Assembly: GCA_052327205.1 (NCBI GenBank)
Contig: CM126207.1
Span: 28,706,001-28,770,000 of the forward strand
Source of the DNA: Somniosus microcephalus
Lineage: Eukaryota
Reading direction: 5' to 3'
Length of the DNA stretch: 64,000 bases
Part shown: one piece after another, positions 36,551 through 50,510 of the stretch
How positions within the stretch are numbered: the first letter of the stretch is position 1
Layout: each line of letters opens with the position of its first letter
Notes under the pieces: model-generated
The model's database searches: none
Told to the model about the DNA's origin: nothing
The model's input: the letters and a program-made list of their open reading frames with translations, nothing else
Made by a program: the position numbers and the translations under genes

Positions 36551-38734
36551 AATTATTGTATAATTCAAATTGTTTTAATGCTTAAAATGACTGAACTATC
36601 AGGAACAGATTGTAAACTTTGTCAAAATGGCTTTTTGGGTGCCTTTGTCTAAATCAATTATAAAAAAAAGTGTTGTGATTAGAAATGTTTTTACTTTGTC
36701 TGTCTTGTTAAATGCAATGAGTCTCAATTGACTGGAGTTTTCTTGTTAAACACGTGTCTAATCTTTTCACCTTTTGTGCATGATTTTTTTCACATTTTAT
36801 TATTCGTTTGTTAGGAGAGCACATATTGTAACAGCAGATGTAAAATGTAATTTTCTAAAAAGTAATAGGAAAACAATTATTTGATTTTTATAATAGATTA
36901 AGATTGTTGAAGAGAAGTTTGGGATTGTTTGAAGAGCTTTCTATAAACTGGTTATACTTGTTTACCTGTAGTAGGTTCCAAACAACTTGTATTAAACCCT
37001 CTCCTTCAGTAATTCATTCCGTTTACACAGTAACAATAGGTTAAAAGTACACATGTTCCACAGCCATCCACTGCTTGGGAGAATTTTGCAAAATGTTGTC
37101 ACTGGTCAAATTCCTGTCTGCCAGTTTTAGAGAAAAAGTCAACGGGAGTGTAAAGTAGTGTTTTGCCCACTTAACACTCGTGCTGGCATTTCATCAAAAA
37201 TTAGCAAAGAGATGATGTCTCACTGCTTGCTACTGATAGCAAAACTCTGCATGTCACTATAGGAACAAGTCCCTTGAGATTCTATTTTTTTTTAAACCTG
37301 TTTCTGCCATATATTAAACAGAAATGGAAATGGTTGCATGTTTGTGGTTTGCCCACCCTGTGGTGAATGTACAGTGTGGAGAATTTTAAGCCATTAGTGC
37401 AATGCTACCACCAACAATGTCATAAAATAATCACGGTAATACTGCCCCCAAAGGCAATGTCGAGTGTCACTTATCTGCATGTTGATTTACTGCAAGTTTA
37501 ATTATACTCGGTGCCTTCCTGAAAGTACGTGCCTTCTGATGCACTGCATGTGTGTAACGTGGACACAATGGCCTAGAAGTCCATATCAGGTGCTGCATAT
37601 AACAGGCGGCCGATCTGATACCATCCGTTTTGCACCACCACCCATAGTATCACATCATGCAGCATAGTTCTGTATTTCTGACATTGACGTGTATTCTGGC
37701 AAACTCAAGAAGACTTCTCGTTTAAAGTAGAATTTCTTTATTTTGAAGCAAAACCAAATTTAATACGGCAGAGAGAGTCAGGTGTAAATCTTGCCCATGA
37801 GTTCAGCTTGGGTGTCAGTACTACCTGCGGCATTAAAACAATGAAGAAATAGTCATGGAAATTAAAACAAGGAAGCAGACAGTGATGCAAGACCAGCACA
37901 TAGCAAGATGACCAAGGGAGTCTAAACTCGCTTAATTAGACAGAGCTGTGCATCAATGGTATTGTGCAATGGGATCTTCCATCTTGGATCCTACACTGAT
38001 AGAGAAGGTGTGCCACCTCCCTGAACAGCTGTGAACAGTGCAGCCATTTACAGCAAGCACCGGTTGCTTTATAAGCTTCATGGTACAGTAATAGGGAGCT
38101 GTCAGTGACAAGTGAAAGAGGCTTTCAGTGGATGTGTCAATAGTTTAACCAGTCAAGGCCAATTTTGTGAAATTCCATAAATAACACAACCTGGTAATTT
38201 CCCATAAAGAAACAATGCAGGTAATTGAATATTTAGAGGAGCAAGCTGAAGGAGGAAAAGAAATGTAGCTTCGTGCATGATCACTGCATTCTTTCCTCCA
38301 TTTATAGCACAATGTGAAATTACTTTATAAGCATATTCTCTTTAAACCGTAAAGTGATAGCTGTCCCACAAGAGCACATAAACGATACTCTGCTGTATAA
38401 CATTGCTGTTGAAGCCTGAGACAGCTGTGTCAGCCCACCGCTTGCTGGCTTATGTGGAGCTTCCTCGGTCATTGAAGAAGATACAAGGCCAGGAAAAAAA
38501 AATCACAAGCAAGCTTGCGCATTTATTTCTATTTTTCTATGTTCTGTCAACTGTAATTGCTTTCCCAGCACAGGAACCCTGAGGGAATAGTATAGAACGG
38601 AATCTTGAAACAATACCTTTGCACTATCCAAGTAGCTTAAACAGTATCCTACGCTGTACTAAAATGTATCATTTTGGATCATTTTTTATTTCTTGATGGG
38701 TAATTTTTTAACTGTTGTATATACTAGTTACATT

Positions 38735-39538
38735 GGGCTGGATTTTCCTAAGCCCCTGGAGTCGGGTTGGAGGCGTGCGGGCGATAAAAACCGGAGATCC
38801 GGGGGTCCCGACCCCATCCCGCCTCCATGTCAATTTCATAGGAGTCGGGTTCCCGACAAGTGCTGGAACCCGACTCCCAGAGGCGGGAAGGGATTAAAGG
38901 CAATTAAACTGCCTGTTAACAGGTAGTTTTTTGCCTATTCGCGATTTTTATTGCAGGTTTGTGGGCTTCCCGACAGCTCCAAACCACGAAAAGTTTTCGA
39001 GGCGGGACGTGGGTCTGAGGTCTTGGAGGGGTCGAGATGCCCAGTGTTCAGGTGAGTGAGGGGTGCAGGAGTGCAAAGGTTAGTGTTTTGCAAGTGTTTA
39101 AATAAGTTTAACTTACTTTTACTTACCTTTACAGGAGTCCTGCATTCCGGTGTCGGGAGTCGGCTGCAAGAACCACAGAAGCTCCGATTTAAAAAAAAAA
39201 AAAAAATCAGCTGCTTTGTTTCTACAGCAAAATGATTTTAAAGTTATCCTGAGAAAGGACTGAGGCTGAATTAGCAGTTTTTCAGTGCTTGACAGCTTCA
39301 AACAGCTGTTAAACACTGATATTTCATGTGCCAAAAGCTTTTGACAGATGAAATGTCAATCTCTGACGTCACCTGTTGCCGGGTGACCCTTAATTGGCCT
39401 GCTGAGCCCACAGGGCGGGCTCAACAAGGTCAATCAGAGGAAAATCCAGTGGGTTGGCCACATCTCCATGGAGGCGGGACAACAAGCCCGAATGTGGGTT
39501 TCCCACCTCCAACCCGCCCCCGTAGCAAAATCCAGCCC
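38735..39538. mobile_element. PIF/Harbinger-like MITE
   Basis: Perfect TIR GGGCTGGATTTT / AAAATCCAGCCC; TSD ATT. Confidence 0.82.
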
Positions 39539-39642
39539 ATTAACTTTTCTCATTAGTTTTCCTGGTTTATTTTCTCCTTCATATAGTTTTAAAATGTTTC
39601 TGTATTTAATGGCATTCTGTTAATTAAGTCTCTTGTTTTTAG

Positions 39643-39786
39643 GGCATGGGATTGCTTTGTGCGCTGCCTCGAGCCCAGTTATCTGGGGGCTCTTCTCAGT
39701 CAAGTGATTGTGGCTCTGCTGCCTTTGATGTCCATTCAGCCAAAGGAGACTGCTGGAATATTTCACTACCTTATAGTGGAGAACAG
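39643..39786 (+). CDS. ATR: ATR exon 19 (144 nt)
   Basis: AWDCFVRCL...VIVALLPL...IFHYLIVEN. Confidence 0.95.
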
Positions 39787-40029
39787 GTAAATTCCTTCTG
39801 AAATCATTTGCTTAATTTCAGCTTTCTTTAATTAATTTAGGTAGCATTTAGATTATACTCATTATTGTTGTAAAAGGAATCTGTACATTGATGTAAACGT
39901 ATTTTCTTTGATAGCTTTATGTAGTTATCCTGCAAATAATGATGACAACAAAAAAACAATTTATCGTGATTTCAATGCAGCAAAACATCCCACGGTGCTT
40001 CACAGTTGAGTAGGAATTTTTTTTTTTTT

Positions 40030-40190
40030 AAATGAAAGACTTGGATTTATAGAGTGCCTTTCTCGACGTCAGGACGTCCCAAAGCGCTTTACAGCCATGG
40101 AAGTACTTTTGAAGTGTCGTCTCTGTTGTAATGTAGGAAACGCGGCAGCCAATTTGCACACAGCAAAGTCCCACAAACAGCAATGTGATC
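40030..40190 (-). mobile_element. DeuSINE 3' part
   Basis: Reverse complement of the tail seen at 380-500. Confidence 0.7.
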
Positions 40191-41400
40191 TTAAAGTGCA
40201 CAAGCTAATCGGGAACGGTCGGCTTGGTTGTAGGAATGGGAGGTTATGGTTGACTAGTTCATTGGAATTTTTTGAGGAGATGACAAACTGAGTAGGTAGG
40301 GGAGAGACAGTGGATGTTATATACCTGGATTTCACGCAGGCATTTCACACTGACCCATATGATAAGCTACTACAAAAGCTCCAAGCTCATGCATTAGATG
40401 GGAATATATTAAATTGGATTGGTAAATTATTGGTTTGCAGACAATAGTGAGTAGCAGTGCCTGGGCAGGTATCTGGTTGGCAGTCAGTTACCAGTACAGT
40501 GCCACAAGGTTTAGTGTTAGTCACTGTTATTTATAATTTTTATAAATTATTTAGAGGAAGGAATTCTGTCTAAATTTGAAGATGATACTAAATTGGGAAC
40601 AGTGACAAATGATGAGTTTAATGCAGGGAAATGTAAAGTTATGAGATTTGGCAGAGAGAAGGTTAATTTGGATTATGTGCTCAATGGGAATGTACTTGAG
40701 ACAGGAGAGAGATCTTAGGGGTTTTAATGGTCAGCTCCCTAAAATCATCAGCACAGTGGTCCCAGGTTGTTGAAAAGGCAAAAAGAATGTTGGGATGCAT
40801 AGCAAAGGGTTTAACATATAAATCCAGTGAGGTAATTTTAAGACTGTTTGGCCCTGATGAGACCACATCTGGAGTACTGCATGCAGTTTTGGCCTCCCTA
40901 TTTTAAAATGGATGTTCAGTTATTGGAGTGGTATAAAGAAGGGCTTATATGGTTGATGCCAGAGCTTAAGGGGATGACATGTGAGGAAAGATTGACGACT
41001 GTGGGACTTGAAAAGGGAAGACTGAGGGGATATGATAGAAATTTTGTACATGACAGAGATCCTACTTGGATCTAATTTGGCCAAGCCTTTCAAATTGGAT
41101 CCAAGTAAGCTTTTCTTTCATGTATGGAATTTAAACACAAGGGGTCATATTTACAAATTAAGGACAACAAAAGAAAATAGGAAATGTAGGAGGATTTTTT
41201 TTTACTAAAAGGGTGCCAATAATATGAAGCAGATTACTGGCAGAGGTGGTGGAACAAGAAACCTTAATGGGTTTCAAGAAGGAACTAGACAGGTTCTTGG
41301 GATTCAGGGCTATTAGAAATACACCAAGAAAGTGCTATGGATAGGAGGGTTAGATGGACCAGATGTCTTCTCCTGTCTGAAACCGTTATTTTGCTTATTT
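40190..41400 (+). mobile_element. Degenerate CR1 LINE (RT to 3' end)
   Basis: LLEFFEEMT, VDVIYLDF, RPHLEYCMQFWPP; frameshifted. Confidence 0.8.
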
Positions 41401-42113
41401 ACAATCATTTTAGTGAGTTGTCTTAGCTACTTATGTACATGTGTGGTTAAGTTTGTTGTCACACCCCAAGCACTCACGCCATTGTAAATGCTCCAATTGG
41501 CATCCAAGTTAAAATCAGCATCGACTGGGTTGAGCCGATGAACATCTGGTCTGTATGGATCTGTTTCACACTGGGTAGTCTGTTCAGGGGAGCTATTCGC
41601 CTGTGCATTCTAATCTCTGGTTGCTGCTTTATTTAACCCCTGACACAATGCGCAATCTGGGCCTGTCCGCTCCATTCTCCTGCTCACTTTAAGGGGCCAC
41701 TCGTGCCCGTTGCCGCCTTTGCATCTAATGTCTTGACCTTTCAGCTCTGTCTACCCCTTCTCTGTAACCTCAGTCTTGACCTTCAATCATAGAATCATAG
41801 AAATTTATGGCACAGAAGGAGGCCATTCAGCCCATCATGTCTGTGCCGTTCATCCTTGAAATGGATTCACATGATGAGTAGATCTATTGGAAGAACTTTG
41901 AGATTTTCGTTTCCCCACCTCAAAAAGAAGTCTCATTAGAACATCTTAATGAATAAAGTACACCGTTTATTCTCACTCCTCAGGAGATAGGTAACTAACT
42001 TGTGGGATTACATTGCATAATCACTTTACGTATGTACTGTCTATTGCGCACAGCACGAATTACAGATCACTGTGTAGATGTGCATTAAGTGAAGTTCTTT
42101 ATGGATATTTCAG

Positions 42114-42207
42114 AGCTGAAGTAAAAGATTTTCTCCATGAGATTTACTTTTTGCCAGAACACCCTGATTTTACTGAGATCCAGAAGGTGCTGCAAGATTA
42201 TAGAAAG
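42114..42207 (+). CDS. ATR: ATR exon 20 (94 nt)
   Basis: VKDFLHEIYFLPEHPDF...YRK; AAG|gtgagc. Confidence 0.95.
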
Positions 42208-42539
42208 GTGAGCCTTTTACTTTAGTGTGCTAGCATCTGATCTGATTGAAATGTCACTAAAAATGGTTTAGCTGATTGGTATGAGGATGAAGAATTAAGA
42301 GGATTGAACCTGACAGGGTCAGCAGGCTATTTGATCAGGAGGAATCCTGGCTAAGCCTGATCTGTCCCCTCCCATTGTCCGCGCACAAAAATACAGGTCC
42401 AAGGTCTAATCTCAAAGCACCAAATTTAGTGTTTGCAGTGGTCCTCAGAAAGTCACAAATCAGTACTGCCAGACACAGGATCGGTCTCCCCCCCAACCTG
42501 GTGTTGTCAGGCTTTCGTCACTCTCCTCCCCTCTTTGGT

Positions 42540-43010
42540 GCTAACCACTGGGAATCCATCAGTGAACCAGATTATTGGTGAGTTCAAATCCCACCACGGC
42601 AGCTGGGGAATTTAAATTCAGTTAATTAAATAAATTTGGAATTAAAAAGCTAGTATCAGTAATGGTGACCATGAAACTACCAGATTGTCGGAAAAACCCA
42701 ACTGGTTCACTAATGTCCTTTAGGGAAGGAAATCTTCCGTCCTTACCTGATCTGGCCTACATGTGACTCCAGACCCACAGCAATGTGGTTGACTCTTAAC
42801 TGCCCTCTGAAATGGCCTAGCAAGTCACTCAGTTATACCAAACCGCTACGACAAAGTCAGCACTGTGGGACTACCTTCACCACAAGGACTGCAGCGGTTC
42901 AAGAAGGCGGCTGACCACCACTTTCTCGAGGGCAATTAGGGATGGGCAATAAATGCTGGCCTTGCCAGCGACGCCCACATCCCGTGAACGAATAAATTTA
43001 AAAAAAATTA
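42540..43010 (+). mobile_element. tRNA-derived SINE with LINE-type tail and A-rich end
   Basis: B box gagttcaaatcc; core shared with 16360-16675; tail gggcaataaatgctggccttgccagcgacgcccacatccc. Confidence 0.7.
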
Positions 43011-43166
43011 AACTTTATTTTAAAAGAATCCAGAAATACTCCTTCAGCTGTCAAGTAGTTTATAAACTTCAGCAGCTGCTTGGCAAGAACTTCCTCCTGA
43101 TTTCTTTGGTTATGTGGTGCTAACATTCGTCACACTAATGTTTGCCTTATGCGTCCTGTTTTACAG

Positions 43167-43292
43167 GAGACTTCTAAAAGCACAGATTTACAAACTGAAC
43201 TGCAGCTGTCTATGCGAGCTGTTCAGCATGAGAATGTAGATGTTCGTATACATGCACTGACCAGTTTGAAGGATACTTTGTACAAGAAACAG
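43167..43292 (+). CDS. ATR: ATR exon 21 (126 nt)
   Basis: ETSKSTDLQTELQLSMRAVQHENVDVRIHALTSLK. Confidence 0.95.
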
Positions 43293-43610
43293 GTACACAA
43301 TTTAATACTAATGCCTTTCAGACTTGAATGCATAGTCTGGAAAAAAAATCTGCAAGCGATAAATTCAATTTTAATTGTCAGAGGAACTTACTACTGTAAT
43401 AGCGATATGTGCTACAACTCATGATATACCATGCATTTTAGCACCTTCAACAAAAGAGAAAACAGAAAGTTTCTAACATGTTTATGTGGTTCCTAAGCAT
43501 TGTGTTTATAGAGATGGTGATGCTTTAACGGAAAGGAAAATTCATTACAGTTGAAGACCATGTTAAAGTAGGAAAATTGTCATTAGATCCATATATTATA
43601 TATTTTTTAG

Positions 43611-43817
43611 GAACAATTGGTAAAACTCGCCACAGACAGTGAGACAGTAGAGCCTATTATCTCTCAGTTGGTGATGGTGCTTCTGAAGGGTTGCCAAGAT
43701 GCAAATGCACAAGCTAGACTTCTGTGTGGAGAGTGCCTTGGCGAGTTGGGCGCAATAGATCCTGGCCGATTGGACCTCATGACCAGTAACACAGAGGGAA
43801 AAAGCTCTACATTTGTG
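43611..43817 (+). CDS. ATR: ATR exon 22 (207 nt)
   Basis: DSETVEPIISQLV...CGECLGELGAIDPGRLD. Confidence 0.96.
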
Positions 43818-44879
43818 GTAAGAAATCATTTGAATTTGTGTGTCTTCCACTTCATCTCGTACTAATTTAGGTCTAACCTAGGAAATGTTATTATAAGATT
43901 CCACGCCTTATGGAACCACAGAGTGTTAGCAGTGACTCATGATGCATGTTGCACTACAGCTTAGGACTATATCGAGTAGCACTATACAGAGACACCCACA
44001 ATAATACTTAAGTTTTAAATGGATCACTTCCCAGTTGCTCATGGTATGTCAGAACTTAAGGTGCTGCTAAGCCCTGATTGCAACTGTACCTCATACTTCC
44101 AGGAGAGCGAGAGATTTATCCCCCGTCTTTTCCCGCCCCCTCCATCTCACAGGGTCTTTCTCTTTTTCTTTTTCTCTCTCCTCTTCCTCTCCCCCCTCCT
44201 TTCTGCTTTCCTCTTCCACCAATCAACAGTGTCTGTTTTCTCTCATTCCTAGACTGCTGTACTGTTGAAATAAATAAGTCCAGAATTAGTCTGTAGGAGA
44301 CTACCGCTGGTGCATTCTGTCATTATTTGCTGTCTCTTCTCCATAACTTTTTCTTGTCCTCTCCTCCTTCATTTTCTTCTTTCCACTTTCCCTTCCACTT
44401 CTATTTTACTTCTCTGCAGTTTTTTTTGCCATAACATATTTCTGCCTGTTCTCTGTAGTAATTGTACTGCCATATGGAAGACTGGTGAGGGCAGGAGTAG
44501 AGTTTTTTCAGTACCATCTGTCTCAGAGGGCAGAATGATTGGACAGAATTCCTTACAACCAGCATTAATATTGCAGCACATTGACTTGCAGGAAGTATGG
44601 TTGAAACAGGTTCTCATTTACAGAGATGGAATGTCTGATCATAAGGAAGAATCAATGTAAATCACCCATCTGAGGCAATGAATTTAAATGAGGTGTGGCT
44701 CAAGGCTTGTAACTTTTTGGTTGGCAGTCAAGTTCCTAAATGTTTGCAAGGGTCTGGATACTCTGAGTAGCTGAAAAGTGAAGAAACTTAACAAAGGAGC
44801 ACACATTGAAAACCTTCACCAAATATTGGTGTGGGACTGATGCTGGTGATAATCAGTGGGGAGAGGGCAGGGGATGATT

Positions 44880-45830
44880 CATCTGGACTTGGGTATACAG
44901 GGCATCATTTCAAAGTTTGCGGATGACACAAATCTGGGAAATGTAATAAACAATGAGGAGGATTGTAACAGACTTCAGGAGGACATAGACAGACTGGTGA
45001 AATGGGCAGACACGTGGCAGATGAAATTTAACGCAGAGACGTGTGAAGTGATACATTTTGGTAGGAAGAATGCGGAGAGGCAATGTAAACTAAATGGTAC
45101 AATTTTAAAGGGGGTGCTGGAACAGAAAGACCTGGGGGGTGTATGTACATAAATCTTTGACGGTGGCAGGACAAGTTGAGATGGTTGTTGAAAAAGCATA
45201 CGGGATCCTTGGCTTTACTAATAGAGGCATAGAGTACAAAAGCAAGGAAGTTATGCTAAACCTTTATAAATCACTGGTTAGGCCTCAGCTGGAGTATTGT
45301 GTTCAATTCTGGGCACCACACTTTAGGAAGGATGTCAAGGCCTTAGAGAGGGTACAGAAGAGATTTACTAGAATGGTACCAAGGATGAGGAACTTCAGTT
45401 ATGTGGAGAGACTGGAGAAGCTGGGGTTGTTCTCCTTGGAGCAGAGAAGGTTAAGAGGAGATTTGATAGAGGTGTTCAAAATCATGAATAGTTTTGATAG
45501 AGTAAATAAGGAGAAACTGTTTCCAATGGCAGAAGGGTTGGTAACCAGAGGACACAGATTTAAGGTAATTGGCAAAAGAACTAAAGGCGACATGAGGAAA
45601 TTGTTTTTAACACAGCGGCTTGTTGTGATCTGGGAGGCACTGCCTGAAGGGGTGGTCGAAGCAGATTCAGTAGTAACTTTCAAAAGGGAATTGGATAAGT
45701 ACTTGAAGGGAAAACATTTACAAGGCTATGGGGAAAGAGCAGGGGCGTGGGACTAATTGGATAACTCTTTCAAAGAGCCGACACAAGCGTTGTCCTCCTT
45801 CTGTGCTGTATCATTCGATGATTCTATAAG
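44880..45830 (+). mobile_element. CR1 LINE 3' fragment
   Basis: SKFADDT; 205-aa ORF 45139..45756; one frameshift; tandem tail. Confidence 0.9.
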
Positions 45831-46287
45831 AATGAGTTCGTTCGCTTGCATTTTCTAGTAACATGTTCCAGAACAGTATCAGCAGAAGCTTAAGACTGAT
45901 TGGCTTTTTAGTTGAGGAATGCCTCAAGGAGTGCGAATAAGAGGCATGAGAAGAGGGCAAGAAAATAATAGAAAATAGTTGGAGGCGATTATAAACTTGC
46001 TGCACTTTAAAGGGCACTATTCATTTGTGAGGCATTTATAAGATTCATTTCACTGATAAGTTGGTACATTATGTCTGCCGGTGCGAACTGTCGGCTGAAA
46101 TTATTTGAAAAGTCAGGTTTCGACTTGAGCGCCTTTAGCGGCTTTAAATTGTTTTAAAAATTACAGTAACTCATTTATTATTTTGTTAAAAGGAACTGAA
46201 TTTCTATAGAATTAATTGGAATGATAAAATGTTGACGGGTAACTTGCAGTTAATGTACTTGTTGTTTTGTAATGATTCCTACAACAG

Positions 46288-46401
46288 GCTGGTGTGGAGG
46301 ACCCCAACTTTGCCCACCATTTGCTGATCGAGTTGACGAGAGCCTTCCTTGCTTATGCAGATAATGTTCGAGCTCAGGACTCAGCTGCTTATGCCATTCA
46401 G
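46288..46401 (+). CDS. ATR: ATR exon 23 (114 nt)
   Basis: GVEDPNFA...ELTRAFLAYADNVRAQDSAAYAIQ. Confidence 0.95.
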
Positions 46402-47244
46402 GTATGGGAGCAGCTGCTTTTCTATGCAGACTTGGGAGAGAGGTGTTGAATAATAACAAGGCAGATCATTTTTAGAGAGAGAAAATTAACCAACTACTTT
46501 CAGAAATTATTTTACAGAAGGGGCAAAGTAGAGTTTATACAACAAACTAAGGAGGAGGGAAGAAATATAAATTATAACATAAGCAATAAAAACACAGCTA
46601 ATGATTAGGAGTGAACGAACTTTCATGGTTTATAATGCGTTTAACTACCAGCTGTGTTTACTGGATAAGATCGTTGTCTCTCTCTGGCGTCAGCAAAGAG
46701 AGCGCTTCAGTCTTGACCTTGTCGCCCTTGGCTAACTAGAATTGTCTTAGCTAGTAAAAAAAAAAAGTACAGAATATAAACATTAAACAACAATTGGTTT
46801 GTAACATGCAAATTGGTGGTATGTACATTTTATGTACATTTTGTTTTGGGTAGCAAGAAACTATTTATAGATTTCTCAATTTCTATTTTTGCCACTCTCC
46901 TTCCCCGCCTCTCTTCCCCCCCCCCCCCAACTTTCCCAAAGACATTGACTCCTAGTGGAGTATAGTGGCCGTCACTTGGTATTTTGCCCGAGGTGTGGGA
47001 GTGTTAGTAATGGCATTTAACTGCTGAGAGGGGATCGTCACAGCCAAGTTCTCTCCTGGTATCCCCATACATGCAATTTTCCAGCATGTGTGTGGTACAC
47101 CAAGACACTGGGTTCTGGGGAGAGCAAACAGCTAGCACAGATGTGATGGGTTGAATGGCCTCCTTCTAGACTGCAAACATATGGGATTCATTGGATTATG
47201 TCATAGGAACTATGGCAAACTTCCCCTTCCAGATGTGCTGAGGC

Positions 47245-47557
47245 AAATATACTGCCTGCTAGTCTGAGACCTCCTAACCCAGCACAGACCAGGGATCAAA
47301 CCTGGGAGAGTCTGGTTTATGTGGGTCAGTAAATATACTGCCTTCTAGCCTGCGACCTCCTAACCCAGGGATCAAACCTGGGAGAGTCTGGTTTATGTGG
47401 GTCAGTAAATATACTGCCTGCTAGTCTGAGACCTCCTAACCCAGGGATCAAACCTGGGAGAGTCTGGTTTATGTGGGTCAGTAAATATACTGCCAGCTAG
47501 TCTGAGACCTCCTAACCCAGGGATCAAACCTGGGAGAGTCTGGTTTATGTGGTTCAG
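47245..47557. repeat. Four tandem ~76-bp units derived from an antisense LF-SINE-like tRNA head
   Basis: Unit aaatatactgcctgctagtctgagacctcctaacccagggatcaaacctgggagagtctggtttatgtgggtcagt. Confidence 0.85.
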
Positions 47558-47984
47558 CTACACGCTGCTTTTACCAACTGAGCATTAACATTAAACTATA
47601 TTAAATAAAATGACCTGGATTTCCTTGTTATTGGAAACTGGCATCCAGTTGGTGATTTGGAGCAGAGTTGATGTAAATGGTATGGAGTTGAGATACATGA
47701 CTCGGTATAATTTGCTGGACTTTCTGAAATTTGCGATTGACATTTCTCCAGCTGGATGCTTGAATATATGACTAATGTTAGAGTTACATTTTGCAAGAGA
47801 AGATGCCACTTTGCAGATATTGTAGCTGGATCCCATCAAGAGGTATATCTGTTGGGGCCAGTTGGGTTAAGAGCTGCTTTTGTTTCAGTGGACCAACTGG
47901 GAACTGTAAATGCCACCATCTCAGCTGGTACCAGTATGATCAAATAATAGCTCTCTGAAACTGAAGCTGATGGAAATACAAGTA

Positions 47985-48321
47985 CAGGAAACTCCTTTTT
48001 TTATCCGGCACTGACGGGACCGGCGTGGTGCCGGTTTATCAAAAAGTCCGGATTACAGAGAGGTATAGTAAAAGGTACGAGAGCCCCGTACACGGCCACA
48101 GATCCAGGCGTCCCTGTTGCATAGCAACAGGTGCAGGAACCCCGGCCACAGATCCAGGCGTCCCTGTTGCATAGCAACAGGTGCAGGAACCCCAGTTACA
48201 CAGCCACAGATCCAGGAACGGCCACTAATATGAAGTAAAACTTACCTGAACCTACTCCTGCATTTTGCCGGTTAACAGAGATTTCCGGTTATTTAGGTGT
48301 CGGTAAATCGGGAGTTTCCTG
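47985..48321. mobile_element. Tigger/pogo-like MITE (family A, inverted)
   Basis: TA|CAGGAAACTCC ... GGAGTTTCCTG|TA. Confidence 0.87.
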
Positions 48322-48423
48322 TACTTTGCTTAGTAAGGAATTACTTTAACACTTCATAGATCCTGGCAGTGTGTCTTATGTGTGGCACCATCTTGCTAAA
48401 GGTTAATAAAATTGAACTTTCAG

Positions 48424-48539
48424 GAACTGCTACAGATATACAAATGTAAAGAAGGGAAGACTGATTGTCCAGGACGCAGGTTGTGGAGGAGCTTTCCAGA
48501 GCATGTGCAAGAAATCCTGGAACCACATTTAAACACCAG
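48424..48539 (+). CDS. ATR: ATR exon 24 (116 nt)
   Basis: ELLQIYKC...LWRSFPEHVQEILEPHLNT; AG|gtctgt. Confidence 0.93.
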
Positions 48540-49526
48540 GTCTGTAGTATTCTCTTGGCACTTTTCCGAGCAATTTAGCTGCACTGAAGGCGTGTTTTGT
48601 TCACTGTTGCAGTTGTTAGATGTTGTTGCTCAGCAAGGGAAACAACCTCACCTTTACAGACCAAATGTGTTTCTGAAGGAAACTGCCCTCCATAAATTAA
48701 TCTCATCTTGTTTTTCTTTCCTTCTCCCGAGAGTTCCAGGTTAATCTTTTCACCAGCCAGTTGTGATTCTGGAATTGATTTTGTAAGAATAGAATTGAAT
48801 GCACATTGAGCTATTTAGAAAATACTTTGCAATACATTCAGTATTCTATAATGTCTGTTTTGCATTGTAGTTATATTTTAAAATAAATTGCACTGTAAGT
48901 ATGATTTTAAAATTTAAATACTGTAACGGTATTATTTTCTTTTTGAAACCCCATGGGAATGCTGAGCCCAATAACAGTTGCTAAGTTATTTTTTATATAT
49001 GTGTATGTATTGGTGGAATCCAAAAGTGAATGTCCATTTCATTTGAATGGAATATAACTGCTGCTTTCACGTGAGTGAAATATCTGCCCTTTGTGATATT
49101 GCTGCTCTGTCATTCACCGTCACAATGAGACTTAATGGGGTGGTGTGGGGGGACAGAAACAGTTGTGCAAAGGTAGTACAAAAGAAAATGCACAATCAGG
49201 ATTTGAATTCAAACTGCTGTTTCATTTGTGAAAAGAAAGGCTATAGTAAACTATATTGTCCATACTCACGAAATACAAGTGAAATAAAAGTCAGGACTCT
49301 ACTCCAGATTGTTTTTTTTTCCATCGTTCGTTTAGCTTCTGATCCATTTTTTTTTTGCACTTTCATCTCGGTAGTCATTCATTCGCACGTAGTCTTTCTT
49401 CAGCTTCAACAGACCACTCTGGAATTTGTGACACTAGTTGGTGCTATTATTCTCTGTCATAAAAGGTGCTGAGGCAATCTGTTTCCAGGCCTCAGTCAAT
49501 GTAAATTTATAGGTAGCACCAGGTGA

Positions 49527-50092
49527 ACATAGAAACATAGAAGATAGGAGCAGGAGTAGGCCATTCGGCCCCTCGGGCCTGCTCTGCCATTTAATGAGAT
49601 CATGGCTGATCATCCAAATTCAGTACCCTGTCCCTGCTTTCTCCCCATATCCCTTTAGCTTTAAGAAATATATCTAACTCCTTAAATATATTTAATGAAT
49701 TGGCCTCAACTGCCTTCTGTGGTAGAGAATTCCACAGGTTCACCACTCTCTGGGTGAAGAAATTCCTCCTCATCTCTGTCCTAAATGGCTTACCCCTTAT
49801 CCTTAGACTGTGACCCCTGGTTCTGGACTCCCCCGCCATCGGGAACATCCTTCCTGCATCTAGTCTGTCTAGTCCTGTTAGAATTTTATAAGTTTCAATG
49901 AGATCCCTTCTCATTCTTCTAAACTCCAACGAGTATAAGCTCAATCGACCCAATCTCTCCTCATACGTCATTCCTGCCATCCCAGGTATCAGTCTGGTGA
50001 ATCTTCGCTGAACTCCCTCCATGGCAAGAACATCCTTCCTCAGATAAGGCGACCAAAACTGCACACAATACTCAAGGTGTGGTCTCGCCAAA
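49527..50092 (-). mobile_element. CR1 LINE 3' fragment
   Basis: RPHLEYCVQFWSPYLRKD... 163-aa ORF plus 3' UTR. Confidence 0.9.
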
Positions 50093-50389
50093 GCTGTTGT
50101 TTGAAGTTTGCATGTGGCTCAGGTTTACTTGTCTTGTGATACTTTTTCTCTGTCTTTGTGAGGAATCCCTTTTATTTTTTGCTCACTGCCTGCAGCCAAG
50201 ACCCATTTTTTTTTAATGTAACTAATCAAGAAGTGTTTGAAGTAATAAAATAAATTGTGTGTCAATTGCTTCTAAAAAGGTTTCACAGTAAGATTGTGAT
50301 TGAGAATTAATGTATAGTTTTGCAGATATTGTGATACTTAGGTTTTAGTGAATATATTTAAGCAAAAGGCAATTGTTTTTCTCTTAAAG

Positions 50390-50510
50390 GTATAAAAGTT
50401 CTCAGAAGACTTGCAATTGGGTCAGCATTAAGAAGCCATTTTATCTTAGTAAACATGACAGAAATTTTGCTGAGTGGTCAGCGACGTGGGCAGGATACCT
50501 TACAACTAAG
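50390..50510 (+). CDS. ATR: ATR exon 25 (121 nt)
   Basis: YKSSQK...KKPFYLSK...NFAEWSATWAGYLTTK. Confidence 0.95.
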
